A stretch of DNA of 63,225 bases, filler included, from Octopus bimaculoides (taxonomy: Eukaryota), in assembly GCF_001194135.2 (NCBI RefSeq). It is 8 parts of 7 records of this genome, joined end to end, with 100 filler letters (N's around TTAATTAATTAA, not from the genome) between each part and the next. Parts side by side here need not be neighbours in the genome. Positions count along the whole stretch, not along the records: positions 1 to 26,663 come from NC_068995.1; 7 more parts are not named here. One strand, given 5' to 3'. The notes beneath the pieces were generated by a model. That model did no database searches. It was not told the origin of the DNA and saw only the letters and a list, made by a program, of their open reading frames with translations. Positions 1 to 13,228 of this stretch are shown one piece after another. A program made the position numbers and the translations under genes. Each line of letters begins with the position of its first letter. Position 1 is the stretch's first letter.

Positions 1-270
1 CCAGTACTTATTCTATCGGTTTCTTTTGCCGAACCGCTAAGTTACGGCTACTTAAACACAACCACAGCGGTTTTCAAGCGATGATGGGGATACAAATACT
101 GACACACACACAAATATACACATATACAACGGCCTTCTTTCAGCTTCCGTCTACAAAATCCACCCACAAGGATTTGGTCGGCCCAAGGCTATAGTAGAGG
201 TGTCACGTAGCGGGTCTGAACCCGGATTCATGTTGTTGGGAAGCAAGATTCTTACCATAGAGCTACGTCA
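1..270 (-). mobile_element. tRNA-derived SINE, family A (octopus-type, CORE-like 'accttgggcaagt' domain), head + tail
   Basis: Reverse complement matches the head (gtggtaagaa.cttgcttcccaac...ggttcag...ctactatagcc...gtggattt..tagacggaa) and tail (gtaacttagcggttcggcaaaaga) of many other copies in this window. Confidence 0.85.
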
Positions 271-1759
271 CGCCCATGTTATAACCTCGCATTATTTGTC
301 ATTCTAAGGTTGCCAATGTACTTTGTAATCACTTTAGCTGTTGTTTGTTGCTGTCTCTCATGGCTAATATATTATTTTTCATATTATTACACTCCCCAAT
401 AACACAAAAACCTTTTTCATGTAAGTAAGAAATGGTGAGACTCAGTATTATAATATTTACCCTCTGCAAAGATAAGATAGCCATAACTTGTCACCTTCTC
501 CTCATAAGATGTTTCAATGTTGAACGTTCTATTTGTTGAGTTGACGTGACCGTTTGTTGTGAGACTTACTTTATAACGTAACAATTGTTACTGATGTCAA
601 CAAAAACCTAGACTCTTCTCACGTTTCATTCTAGAATTACAATTAAATCACAAGGTTAGTACATCAAAATTGAATAGTGACAAATCTTAAGCTACGTTTC
701 TGCCATAATTCTATCGATTTTTTTGCTGCGATCTGTTGCGCATACATTGTTTTATGTAAGCACATGTGAACCTGGGTGCTGATATTCTTTTGATGCTAAT
801 ATTGGTGTACATACGTGCGAAACATTTTCTTTCTAATTCTCTTTCTCACTATTTATTTCTCCTCATCGCTCTCCCCCTCTCTCTCTCTTCTCCCTCTCCC
901 TTTCAGTACATACACACGCACATGTATGATTACATAGTTAAATTTTTTCTGCTTTTCAGTTAGCGTGGATTTTATGGTAGATTCAGCATATTTCAAATGG
1001 ATGTGATTCAAGAGAAAAAAACTTAACACGAAACAAGTCTGTTTGACGAAAACATTTTAAAACTTGAAATTTTAAGTTAGAAAAGCAGTGAAATACATAC
1101 TCCATTAAATATATTCACTTTAAAAAACAAATGTATTGGATACTTTCATCATTTTCTGACTAACTATATAAAGGAAAATATTTCACGAAAGTCCCAATAT
1201 ATAACAAAAATTAAAATAAGAAAAGCGTACAACGCATTTTGTAGTGTATTTAGACGAATTATTCCCAAATACATTATTATATAACGGTTTTGCTTATAAT
1301 AAGAGACAATCATTGTAATACACATGAGTAATAACTGACTGTAGGCCTTCAGTCTCTGTGGTGTGTGTGTGTGCGCAAGCACGCATATAAATATAATATA
1401 TAAGTTTCCAGACAAAATCTAAATACTGTTTGTATTTAGTTCTAAGTATCGTACGATACTTATATATCATTTAATGTACACAGTATATATAAAACAAGAA
1501 GAACTAATAGTTTCTTACCACAGAGACACTTGGATTAGCCAGATTTATATAACGTCCCTTTTGTCTCCAAAAAATCTCCGGGTTCAGGCTACAGATCAAA
1601 ATTAGGTCAAATCTGCATTTCATCTTTTATGAGCCTGAATCGAGGAAATTGGATTGATGGAACTCTTGGCAGTTCAGCCAAAATGCTTTGTAGTATATAT
1701 TCCGGCTCTTTAAGTTCTAACAACCACGTCTATACCTGGATTGCTGCCAAGCTGTATTG

Positions 1760-1797
1760 GCTCTTATTTCTAGCATCCACCTGCTAGAAATAAGAGC
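1760..1797. repeat. Perfect 16-bp inverted repeat with 6-nt loop
   Basis: gctcttatttctagca (1760-1775) - tccacc - tgctagaaataagagc (1782-1797), exact reverse complements. Confidence 0.95.
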
Positions 1798-2271
1798 TCG
1801 AGTCTTAAATTAATCCACCAAGATATCAGAGAAAAACAGTATGCGAGGAAAACAGAAAGAATTAAAACATCCAATTTGGAAAACAAATAAAAGCTTCATT
1901 GGTGAAAATGTTTCATTCTAGAAGAAAAGGGCTGTTGCAGATACACATACACAAATTCGTACAAATATACTGCAACACATATACAGAATTACCTGATCAC
2001 TCTCATACACACAGCACGCACATTTGTATGCAAGCATATATATAAATAAAATGATCACCGCATTTTGTGTTGGGTTTTTCATCAGACGACTAGTTACTAA
2101 AACAAGGAATATTTAATCCCAACAATATTCTGAAAACTCGCATGAATTGGAATTTTGCGATGAAATTGGGCAACAAAACCATATACAATTGCAAATAATT
2201 GAATACATATATAATATATCTGCATTTGAGGGTGTGTATTTATTTGGGCCTGTGCGCCGGTGTGTATATAA

Positions 2272-2534
2272 CTGGGTGCGTGGTAAGAACTTTGCTTCCC
2301 AACCATGTGGTTCAAGGTTAGGTCCCACTGTGCGGTATCTTGGGCAAGTGTCTCCTACTATAGCCTTGTGCCGATCAAAGACTTGTGAGTGGATTTGGTG
2401 GACGGAAACTGAAAGAAGCACGTCGTATATATAGCACAAGACTTGCTGTGTGGTAAGTAGCTTGCTTACCAACGACATGGTTCTGGGTTCAGTCCCACTG
2501 CGTGGCACCTTCTGCAAGTGTTTTCTACTATAGC
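2272..2534 (+). mobile_element. Two tandem family-A SINE heads (2272-2432 and 2445-2534; second runs into gap)
   Basis: Both read gtggtaag..cttgctt.ccaac.a.atggtt...ggtt..gtcccactg...ggca..tt..gcaagtgt.t.ctactatagc. Confidence 0.85.
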
Positions 2535-3214
2535 NNNNNNNNNNNNNNNNNNNNNNNNNNNNNNNNNNNNNNNNNNNNNNNNNNNNNNNNNNNNNNNNNN
2601 NNNNNNNNNNNNNNNNNNNNNNNNNNNNNNNNNNNNNNNNNNNNNNNNNNNNNNNNNNNNNNNNNNNNNNNNNNNNNNNNNNNNNNNNNNNNNNNNNNNN
2701 NNNNNNNNNNNNNNNNNNNNNNNNNNNNNNNNNNNNNNNNNNNNNNNNNNNNNNNNNNNNNNNNNNNNNNNNNNNNNNNNNNNNNNNNNNNNNNNNNNNN
2801 NNNNNNNNNNNNNNNNNNNNNNNNNNNNNNNNNNNNNNNNNNNNNNNNNNNNNNNNNNNNNNNNNNNNNNNNNNNNNNNNNNNNNNNNNNNNNNNNNNNN
2901 NNNNNNNNNNNNNNNNNNNNNNNNNNNNNNNNNNNNNNNNNNNNNNNNNNNNNNNNNNNNNNNNNNNNNNNNNNNNNNNNNNNNNNNNNNNNNNNNNNNN
3001 NNNNNNNNNNNNNNNNNNNNNNNNNNNNNNNNNNNNNNNNNNNNNNNNNNNNNNNNNNNNNNNNNNNNNNNNNNNNNNNNNNNNNNNNNNNNNNNNNNNN
3101 NNNNNNNNNNNNNNNNNNNNNNNNNNNNNNNNNNNNNNNNNNNNNNNNNNNNNNNNNNNNNNNNNNNNNNNNNNNNNNNNNNNNNNNNNNNNNNNNNNNN
3201 NNNNNNNNNNNNNN

Positions 3215-3280
<66 letters not shown>
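3215..3280. repeat. (TG)n microsatellite abutting a gap
   Basis: Direct reading. Confidence 0.98.
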
Positions 3281-3284
<4 letters not shown>

Positions 3285-3802
3285 AATATATGATATAATA
3301 CATATACTGCCTTAAGAAACAGTATGTGGAGCTGAAATAGTAGTCGAAGAGCCATTTATGTCGAAACTATTTGTTGTAAATGGAGCGATGGAATGTCTAA
3401 TAATGATAAGCTATACACAAACATATCGAAATGTGCGTGTATGTGTGTTTGTATGTGCGTGCGTGTATACGAGTGTGTGTGATTGTGTGTCTACGTACAC
3501 ACATGGGTTTAGATAAATATATATCCGCAAATATATAACGTGCACCCGCACACACACATACGCACACATACCTACGCAGACGAAGCATTCATGTCTACAG
3601 ACTACAGCCTACAGGTGCGCGTCTATTTACTTCAACACATTATTGAACGCTACGTCTCGGCTCTAGGTTAGAGTTCGGATTACGTTTAGCTAATCGATAA
3701 NNNNNNNNNNNNNNNNNNNNNNNNNNNNNNNNNNNNNNNNNNNNNNNNNNNNNNNNNNNNNNNNNNNNNNNNNNNNNNNNNNNNNNNNNNNNNNNNNNNN
3801 NN

Positions 3803-3856
<54 letters not shown>

Positions 3857-3857
3857 T
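3803..3857. repeat. (ATT)n microsatellite
   Basis: Direct reading. Confidence 0.98.
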
Positions 3858-5048
3858 TGAAAGTATCTGTTTAGTGAAAGAGTGTGTTTGTAAGACTGCA
3901 TACTCGCATCCATATGTGTGTGTTTGTGGATGCTTGCCCGTGTTGTGCGTAAACGTGAGCAAGTATGTGCGTTTGTTTATAAGTAAACATCAATCTATAT
4001 CAATGTGTGTGTGTGTGTGATTCTGTTTGTGTGTGTGATTCTGTTTGTGCGTGTGTACTTGTGTGCATGTTCTTCTCTGTGTGGTGTATGTGTTTGTGCG
4101 CATGTAAGTTTACCTTTGGGTGGTCTAATGCAAGGTGATTACATGCACACAAATATTTCTGGGTATGTAGAGGCATGCATCAGTATAGAGTTGTCTAAGA
4201 AAATATTTTGAAGGACGCCTTCTGCATGAAAATAATATAGTTAAGTACAGTTGGTCATGAACAAAATATAAGTTTTAATCAGTTGAAATTCTAAGTATAA
4301 CGAGAAGTATTATAACTTTCGTTAATTGAAATTACTCTTTGTCAAAGAGACAAAGGAGAGAATTCCCGAAGTTTCAATTAACCAGAATTTAATGGTGGTG
4401 GTGGTGGTGGGAGAGGGTTATCTTTGGTAGTTAATGATGACAACTCGAGACCTATTTCGCTCTCATGAAATCTCTTCAGAACAATTGGAAGGTAGAGAGT
4501 TTCCTGTTAAAATTATTCAGTGAGAAGGCAAATATTAAATGATGATTGTGGATATTTCACCCCGATGGCATCCGCATGAAAAACAGATAACGAATTGTCG
4601 GATAACATACGTAATATTTTGAGGAGAAAGTAAATTTTTTAAGCAAGTTAGATAATTCTAAAAAAAAAAAATGGTAAGAACAAAAGTGCTTTTGAGGATT
4701 AATCTCAAATTATGCATGGGATGAAACCACCTAAATATAAATTCAAACTTAAGTGAAGACAAGTAGAGAAGCCGTATTCTGCATATGAATCACCATGATT
4801 GTGTGGATAACTCTGAATATGTTTCGCTCCTATTGAACTCAAGATACAAATATAATTCACTCACATTAGTCACATCCTTAAATTCGACTAACATGTAGTT
4901 TCTACTCAAAAAAGTTCACCGATTAGCTAAATTATAATATTTATATTGGAATATATCCGTTAGTACCATCTAAATAAAGAGCTATTTGTTAAGTATATCA
5001 TATTTTAATTTCTCTATTCAAGGAATTTTTTTATTCATACATATTTTA

Positions 5049-5080
<32 letters not shown>

Positions 5081-5656
5081 TAGACAAATGAGATAACAAG
5101 GCCAAGGCTGTGAGTAGTTTTCAGGACATTTATAAGGAAAAAGATATGGATATCTTACATCTGTTTCTGGGATATTATGGATATCCTGTCATCAGAGACG
5201 GTGTGAGATGGTGAAATAGAGGTAAGTATTTGAGTGTATATATGTATATGTATATATAGCATCCGACTTTTTCTACACTGGGGATTATTAACCAGATATT
5301 TGCACGTTGTTGTTTATAGCTTTATTATAATGGCTTCGAGATCTATTTCCCTAAAAGATTTCACATTGTCTTGAAGTTTATAAGTTTTACAAGTTATCCA
5401 CCTTAGCGTTGAATATATATTCCTAACTCCCTTCATAGAATCGCGCTCTCACCTGACTATTAACCCATCACCCTTTATTTTCCAGCAACCACTTTCTTCT
5501 TTCGCTCTCTTGTACTTTTTCTATTTTCTTATGGTGAATGATTAACCTCCGAACCGTCATGATTATTATTTTTTATACTTTAAGCTATTACAACTTTTTA
5601 AAGCTTGTCCCTCCTCTGTTTTCTTTCATTTTGAGTTCACTGTTTTCATTATATAT

Positions 5657-5677
5657 ATGTGTATGTGTATGTGTGCT

Positions 5678-5753
<76 letters not shown>

Positions 5754-5765
5754 CGTGTGTGTATG
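5657..5765. repeat. Imperfect (TG)n microsatellite
   Basis: Direct reading. Confidence 0.95.
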
Positions 5766-6171
5766 TATGTTTGTTGTTCTGGGTAGTCTATGTCTCATCG
5801 AGAAATTCAGATAACGTCTGGACATAGCCCAAGCTGTTATGATAGCATACAGATTTAACAATACACCGACGCCATATTTCTCTTTAATTTTTAATCTTAA
5901 TAGTTTTCTCTCTTGCATATATTTATTCACTTTTTATATACCTTCTCACTAACAGATATGTCATTTGATAAACATTATTTCAGTTTCCTTTTTTAAATGG
6001 ATGAGTATCTAAATCCCTGTATATGTTTGTGTAATGTTTATCAGAAGATGCCCATAGTTGTCATCATTCAGATACATATGTGTACAAAGCTTTATATAGA
6101 TGCATGAAAGTACAGCAAACCGTCACTTGCAAATGAGTAGAATTTAATAATATGAAATATTCCTTCTCTAG

Positions 6172-6256
6172 AATTTTTAGGTGGATACGTAATCAGAAGA
6201 AAGCATAAGTATTTGCCGGGCCTCCCTGACCCAACGACACACTTTGTATATGATAG
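6172..6256 (+). CDS. Candidate isolated coding exon of unknown gene: (E)FLGGYVIRRKHKYLPGLPDPTTHFVYD(R)
   Basis: Acceptor atattccttctctag|, donor AG|gtatgt; only one frame is open (phase 1 to phase 2); non-repetitive sequence. No protein family recognised. Confidence 0.35.
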
Positions 6257-6489
6257 GTATGTGAGAGGTAGACTATACCAGCATCCAGTTAGTATCAATT
6301 ACAGCTGAATTAACTTCGGTAATAAGAAATAAATTGTTCACAAAGCTTAGTTCCATCTATGAAATAAAACCTTGAGCTAATAATCGTACAGAGAACATCA
6401 CTTAACAATCGGCAATGAGGCTAGACTAGAATGGCAAATTTCACCACGGAATTCAACAAATATTTCATATATAGATATATAGATATATA

Positions 6490-6639
6490 AGTGGCAATGT
6501 GGTAAGTTTGCTTCCCAACATATAGTTCCAGATTTAGTCCCACCGCGTCGTACTTTGGGCAAGTGTCTTCTGGTATACCATCGCGCCGACCAAAGCCTCT
6601 GAATGGATTTGCTAGACGGAAATTGAAAGAAGACCGGCG

Positions 6640-6708
<69 letters not shown>

Positions 6709-7222
6709 GTGTATATATATATATATATATNNNNNNNNNNNNNNNNNNNNNNNNNNNNNNNNNNNNNNNNNNNNNNNNNNNNNNNNNNNNNNNNNNNNNN
6801 NNNNNNNNNNNNNNNNNNNNNNNNNNNNNNNNNNNNNNNNNNNNNNNNNNNNNNNNNNNNNNNNNNNNNNNNNNNNNNCTTTTTTCCTTTCTCCTTTCCG
6901 ATAAAGAGCTATGCTCGAAAGTCAAACTCTTTTCTTTCTCCGAGCGCCTACAGAATTTTCGTTATTGATATTTGAATTGTTTGTTTATTTGAATTGACTA
7001 CACACACACACACACACACATGGTTTGTCTTCGTGTCTGTGTTTGTTCCCCCTCTATCTCTTCAAAACCGGTGTTGGTGTATTTACGTCGTCGTAACTTA
7101 GCAGTTCGGCGAATGTGGTCGATAGAATTAGACTTTAAGGTCGATTAAATCGATCTAAATTCGTTAAGTCAGTGCCCCCAGCATGGCCGCAGTCTAATGA
7201 CTGACTCAAGTAAAATGCTAAA
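6490..7222 (+). mobile_element. Family-A SINE, head (6490-6640) and tail (7021-7222) separated by (ATCT)n, (TA)n, a gap and (CA)n
   Basis: Head gtggtaagtttgcttcccaac...gggcaagtgtcttct...gacggaaattgaaagaag; tail gtaacttagcagttcggc...gcatggccgcagtctaatgactga. Confidence 0.75.
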
Positions 7223-7334
7223 AAATTATATACCCATCTACTTTTCTCCTTTCCTCTCAATACACACACGCACTCACATACATACGTCTATGTATTTCTT
7301 TGAATATGTATGTGTGCATGCCTTTGATATTCGT

Positions 7335-7710
7335 TTTTTTATTCTTGTACTTGCTTCAGTCATGTGACTGCGGCCATGCTGGAGCACCTCCCTGAAGGGC
7401 AAGATGTAAGCACAACAACGGTGGTTGTCAAGCCGCGATAGGNNNNNNNNNNGCACAACAACGGTGGTTGTCAAGCCGCGATAGGGGGGGGGAAGGGGTT
7501 GGACAAACACAAGACACAAAGACACGCACTCGTAAGTATATACATACACGACGGGCTTCTTTCTGTTTCTGTCTAACAAAGCCACTCACAAGGATTTGGT
7601 CGGCCGAAGGCTGTAGTAGAAGAGAGATGCCCAAGGTGCCTCATAGAGGTGCTGAACCGGGAACCATGTGGTTGGGAAGCAAGCTTCTTACCACACAGCC
7701 AAGCCTGCGC
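7335..7710 (-). mobile_element. Family-A SINE, near full length
   Basis: Tail rc (ttcagtcatgtgactgcggccatgctggagcacc) and head rc (gaaccatgtggttgggaagcaagcttcttaccacacagcca). Confidence 0.9.
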
Positions 7711-8597
7711 TTACATCAATCAAATAATCATAAAAGATACAACTGGCATGTATTGCGTGGAATAGGGATTATTTCAGCAAACCAATTTATACAAACACTT
7801 GGTGCGTTGACATTTCACATTGAAGCTGAAATAATACTAATACCGTGTATAACTACGTATATTATATCATTGTGTTGCATCAAATTTTTTTCTGGTAGAC
7901 AATCGATGAAACAATTGTAACATTATGTAATAAAACATGTTGCTCACTCAATTCTCTTTGTCAACTTTAAAATATATACGCGTGTATATATGTATATGTG
8001 TATATATATGTATATANNNNNNNNNNNNNNNNNNNNNNNNNNNNNNNNNNNNNNNNNNNNNNNNNNNNNNNNNNNNNNNNNNNNNNNNNNNNNNNNNNNN
8101 NNNNNNNNNNNNNNNNACTGCTATAAAAATAACAGCAAATAAGAACCAGGGGCAGACGGTAGGATAATGCTGGGGGCGAACACACGTCGCTATTGTTTTA
8201 CTGGAGGGCATTGGATGTAGAATTTATTATTTCTACAAGTCCTTTACTCCATATTAAACACAAATATCACAATTCACACACAAACATTAATATTTCACAC
8301 ACCCTCACACATTTACATTGTCAGAATTATCCCTGATCCTCAGGAGATAACTCAACGACTCCCTTTACCTCACCCCCACCTCTACCTTTTCCTATACCTA
8401 CCACTAGTAGTTCCCCCTCTACCCATTCCCATTCACATCCAACCGTCGTATTAACCACTAAGTCCACTAACCTTCTATCCCCCCCAATCCACCCCGATGC
8501 TCCTCTGTATCTCCAACGTCCCATAATCCTTACACAAACATACATCTTCCTTACTGTACGCACTGATAAACAATTTTTGTTTGGTGGGTGGGAATTG

Positions 8598-8677
<80 letters not shown>

Positions 8678-8778
8678 TGTGTATGTATATATATATGTAC
8701 ATACATAACTTCATATATATATATGTCCAATACATATGAACATGTGAACATGTATAAGTCCATATATATATATATATA

Positions 8779-9640
8779 CAGGGTGCGGTGAATAAACTCT
8801 CGTCTAAATTACGCAAAAATTAAAATACCGCTCACATCTCATTTTAACAGAGAAATTTACCAAAATTACATGAAAATATCTTGAAATACTAAAGAGTAAA
8901 TTTTTTCAATAAAATCGCCATTGACTTCAACCACGGCCTCCAGACGACTTCAGAATATCCTGCAACTATTCTGGAAGATCTCCTTGTTTAAGTTGGGGAA
9001 TGCTGCCATAATACTTGCCTTCATTCATCTTTGGTGTTACAACGAGTTTTGTTGGTCTCTCGCTCAGCTGCGCTCCACGCATAATAATCAAGGGGGTTAC
9101 AGTCTGGGGAGATGGGCGGCCAGATGTTAGGGCGTGCTGCGTTCGCAGAAATTGTCTGACAGCCATATCTGGGTTCTCCTGTTTCTGTAGCATGGTGCAG
9201 AGTCCTGTTGTCAGGCATAGGGTTTCCAGCAGCCAACCTCTTGATCCAGGGCAGCACTACCTCCTCCAAAAACTTGATGTAGGCATCTGTGTTGAGTGTA
9301 AGTCCGTGTGGGAAGATGAATGGAGGCATAACGTCAGCATCACTAGTGATCACTCGAATCACCATGATGTTGACTGGATGTTTGATTTTTATCACACTCA
9401 ATACATGTCCTCAGATTGATACCTAAACACTGAAAGATTGATACTGGAGCTTCCGGCGCGAATGTCAAGCAGTACAGCATGTCGTTTCCAAATTTCTGGC
9501 AGAGTGAATTGCGTCATTGAGCTTTATTTTCTCACAGACGGTGCCCAACTGACCTTTTTATACAGTGTAGTCGACAAAAGCAAAAACAAACAATGTGCAT
9601 GCGCGAAATAAAAAATATAAGATGGCAACAATTTACCCAT
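8779..9640 (-). mobile_element. Internally deleted Tc1/mariner transposon, DD37D (maT-type)
   Basis: Left end TA|cagggtgcggtgaataaac; right end ...acaatttacccat (degenerate TIR); contains a decayed transposase (next feature). Confidence 0.85.
8902..9517 (-). pseudogene. DD37D (maT-family) transposase pseudogene
   Basis: ATG at 9517: MTQFTLPEIWKRHAVLLDIRAGSS, then fused to VIKIKHPVNIMV..VMPPFIFPHGL..FLEEVVLPWIKR; frameshift and TGA before QQDSAP; 37 residues (allowing one extra base) to SPDCNPLDY; ends RLEAVVEVNGDFIE. The first catalytic Asp region is missing. Confidence 0.9.
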
Positions 9641-9795
9641 ATATACTGTTTTAAAATGTTTCAGCTGCAAAGCTGCGGTCATGCTGGAGCACCACCGTTC
9701 ACTGAGCTACACCATTATTTCGAATTTGATCAGTGAGGGAGTTTGATGCTTCTGCCCTCATCTGTGTTTCCTGCTATATGTATATATATGTATAC

Positions 9796-9958
9796 GCGCA
9801 GGCGTTGGCGTGTGGTGGTAGCTTGCTTTCCAACCACATAGTTCCGGCTTCAGTCACATTGCTTGGCACCTTGGGCAAGTGTCTTCTACTATAACCTTGA
9901 GCGCACCAGAGCCCTCTGAGTGGATTTGGTAAACGGAAACTGGAATAAGCTCGTCGTA
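9796..9958 (+). mobile_element. Family-A SINE head
   Basis: gcaggcgttggcgtgtggt...ggcaccttgggcaagtgtcttctactata...gtggatttggtaaacggaaactg. Confidence 0.85.
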
Positions 9959-9965
9959 TATATGC

Positions 9966-9999
<34 letters not shown>

Positions 10000-10822
10000 N
10001 NNNNNNNNNNNNNNNNNNNNNNNNNNNNNNNNNNNNNNNNNNNNNNNNNNNNNNNNNNNNNNNNNNNNNNNNNNNNNNNNNNNNNNNNNNNNNNNNNNNN
10101 NNNNNNNNNNNNNNNNNNNNNNNNNNNNNNNNNNNNNNNNNNNNNNNNNNNNNNNNNNNNNNNNNNNNNNNNNNNNNNNNNNNNNNNNNNNNNNNNNNNN
10201 NNNNNNNNNNNNNNNNNNNNNNNNNNNNNNNNNNNNNNNNNNNNNNNNNNNNNNNNNNNNNNNNNNNNNNNNNNNNNNNNNNNNNNNNNNNNNNNNNNNN
10301 NNNNNNNNNNNNNNNNNNNNNNNNNNNNNNNNNNNNNNNNNNNNNNNNNNNNNNNNNNNNNNNNNNNNNNNNNNNNNNNNNNNNNNNNNNNNNNNNNNNN
10401 NNNNNNNNNNNNNNNNNNNNNNNNNNNNNNNNNNNNNNNNNNNNNNNNNNNNNNNNNNNNNNNNNNNNNNNNNNNNNNNNNNNNNNNNNNNNNNNNNNNN
10501 NNNNNNNNNNNNNNNNNNNNNNNNNNNNNNNNNNNNNNNNNNNNNNNNNNNNNNNNNNNNNNNNNNNNNNNNNNNNNNNNNNNNNNNNNNNNNNNNNNNN
10601 NNNNNNNNNNNNNNNNNNNNNNNNNNNNNNNNNNNNNNNNNNNNNNNNNNNNNNNNNNNNNNNNNNNNNNNNNNNNNNNNNNNNNNNNNNNNNNNNNNNN
10701 NNNNNNNNNNNNNNNNNNNNNNNNNNNNNNNNNNNNNNNNNNNNNNNNNNNNNNNNNNNNNNNNNNNNNNNNNNNNNNNNNNNNNNNNNNNNNNNNNNNN
10801 NNNNNNNNNNNNNNNNNNNNNN

Positions 10823-10870
<48 letters not shown>

Positions 10871-10878
10871 CACACACA

Positions 10879-10923
<45 letters not shown>

Positions 10924-11643
10924 GTACAGGTATAGTATTTGCGTCTTTTGACCTCTCTATAGCTCACATTTCCCCTATATGCATGCATGTATATACATAT
11001 ATAAAATATACATATCCATACACACACTCACGCACACGCACATAGATATATACACATACGTATCTACATACGTAAATACACACATATATGTTTTTGTGGG
11101 TATATATATATGTGTGTATGCGTGTGTGTGTATGTAAGTATGTATGTGTGTATACGAATACGTGTGTGTGAGTGTTATTCATGTACGTTTATACGTACAC
11201 AGAAACGTGCACGGGTGAACACACGTGTACACACCCATCTACATAAATACAAATGCAGGTACACACACACACACACACACACACATACGCATTTTAAAAT
11301 CGGGTTGGTTAGTGCAAGGTGAGCAGATGGGAGTTGTTGCAGTGTCAGAAAAGAGTGGAAATATGCTGAGAGGCGTCTTAAATAGCTGTCACAGTCTGTT
11401 ATGCTTGTCACTTGAGACGCTATGTTGCTAGCGTCAGCCAGGCCAGGTTACCGTTATCGACCGGAAGTCACTTGCCATCCATATTGCCTTCAGGCAACAT
11501 TTTTGATAATCACAGTTTCAGGGATACATGCATATATGTAATATGAATGTATAACTATACGTTACTTACGTATATGCATACACCAACATACATTTAAGCA
11601 CACACACACACACGCACACACACACACACACACACATACGTCT

Positions 11644-11935
11644 ATGGTAAGAAGTTTGCTTCACAATCACATGGTTCCGAGTTCAAGCCCACTGGATGGT
11701 AATTTGGGCAAGTGTCTTCCACTATAGCCTTCGGGCCGACCAAGGCCTTGTGAGTGGATTTGGTGGACGGAAAGTGAAAGAAGCCCGTCGTATATACATA
11801 CATACATACATACATACGTACGTACATACATACATACGCTCGTACATACATACATACGTACGTACATACATACATACGCTCGTACATACATACATACGCA
11901 CGTACATACGTACATACATACATACATACATATAT
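11644..11935 (+). mobile_element. Family-A SINE head followed by (TACA/TACG)n array
   Basis: atggtaagaagtttgcttcacaatcacatggttcc...gggcaagtgtcttccactatagccttcgggccgaccaaggccttgtgagtggatttgg; array from about 11792. Confidence 0.85.
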
Positions 11936-13228
11936 ATATATGTACATTCATATATACACGTCTCGTGTGTAAAGTGCGTGCAAACACGTTTGTTTGTGCG
12001 TGTCTGTGTGTATTTGCACGTGCACAATTCTGTGTATATGTAGGTATATGCGATAAAGTACGTCGAGGAAAGAGTACAGGTGGGAAGTGAAATAGCTCAG
12101 CAAAATAGCTGGGAATGTTATTTTTTTCAATCTGTAATGGAACTATCGTGTACACAAAAGTATTATGTATATTCTCTATATCGTTTTATATACATTAATT
12201 GTACATAATGTAAAGTAATTATGACCAAATATTGCGTAATATGGAATATGCAATTATATATTTATCTTGTAGATTCAATAGAGTTATATGCTAATGAATG
12301 ATATGTGTATTAAATATTGCACAGATTGTTAATGTATATTTTTTATCATTGATTGCACAGGCAGCAATAAGATTTCTATGCACTAAAAATGAAATTTATC
12401 CTCTCTCTCTCAACTAGCTTCTCGTAGTTTCTTTTGTTTCTGTGGAATTTTTACGGGTCCCGCTAGTAATACCTAATATTCTTTATTTCACCAGCGTTCT
12501 CACAAGTCAATAATTAATATAAAATGGAGAAAGAGAAAATAAAACTACGACAAAACGACAACTAGCATCTTAAGAAAAGGCAGGATATAGTTTCGAGGAA
12601 AAAATAAATAAGAATAGCTGGAAGAAGACAAAATGAAACACAAGAAGAAAATGGAGAGAAACTTGAAATGGAGAGATTAAAAATTTTCTAAAAGGAAACA
12701 GAAATAATCTTCCTGAATTGTGATAGGTAATATTTCTGTGTGTGTGTGTGTGTGTGTGATCGCGGTTCATATATTTTAGGTGAGTAGATTTTCCTCTTTC
12801 TGTATTTGTCTCTTTTCTAGAAATATCGGCTGCAGCCAGATCTGAAAAGGCATGGGCTATACCTGGCCAAAATTTGTTCAAGACACGTTTATCACGACGG
12901 TGTCTCTATGACTCCATCAAAGAGTTGAGAGCCCACCACAGTTACGGCTTATATAATGTATGTGTGTGTGTCTGTGTGTCTGCGTGTTTGTACGTATGTT
13001 CGTATGTATGCGTGTGTATATGCTTGTATTGTCATAAACGAGTTGTCAAAGTTTTCATCTCTAACAGAATAACAGATTTTAATCGCTTCACTTCTCTCCT
13101 TCAATTTATTGTTGTCTGTTTTATTTCCAATTGCTTTTCTAATTTTATTTTCTTGAAATCCGAAACATTTACATATTTTGTTAAAGCGGACAGCATGACA
13201 ATCCTTGACAGCAATTAAATATCTTTAC

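Noticed and set aside
7410-7485. Duplicated gcacaacaacggtggttgtcaagccgcgatagg either side of a 10-N gap
   Set aside because: Overlapping contig ends (assembly artefact); the same pattern occurs at 59279-59382.
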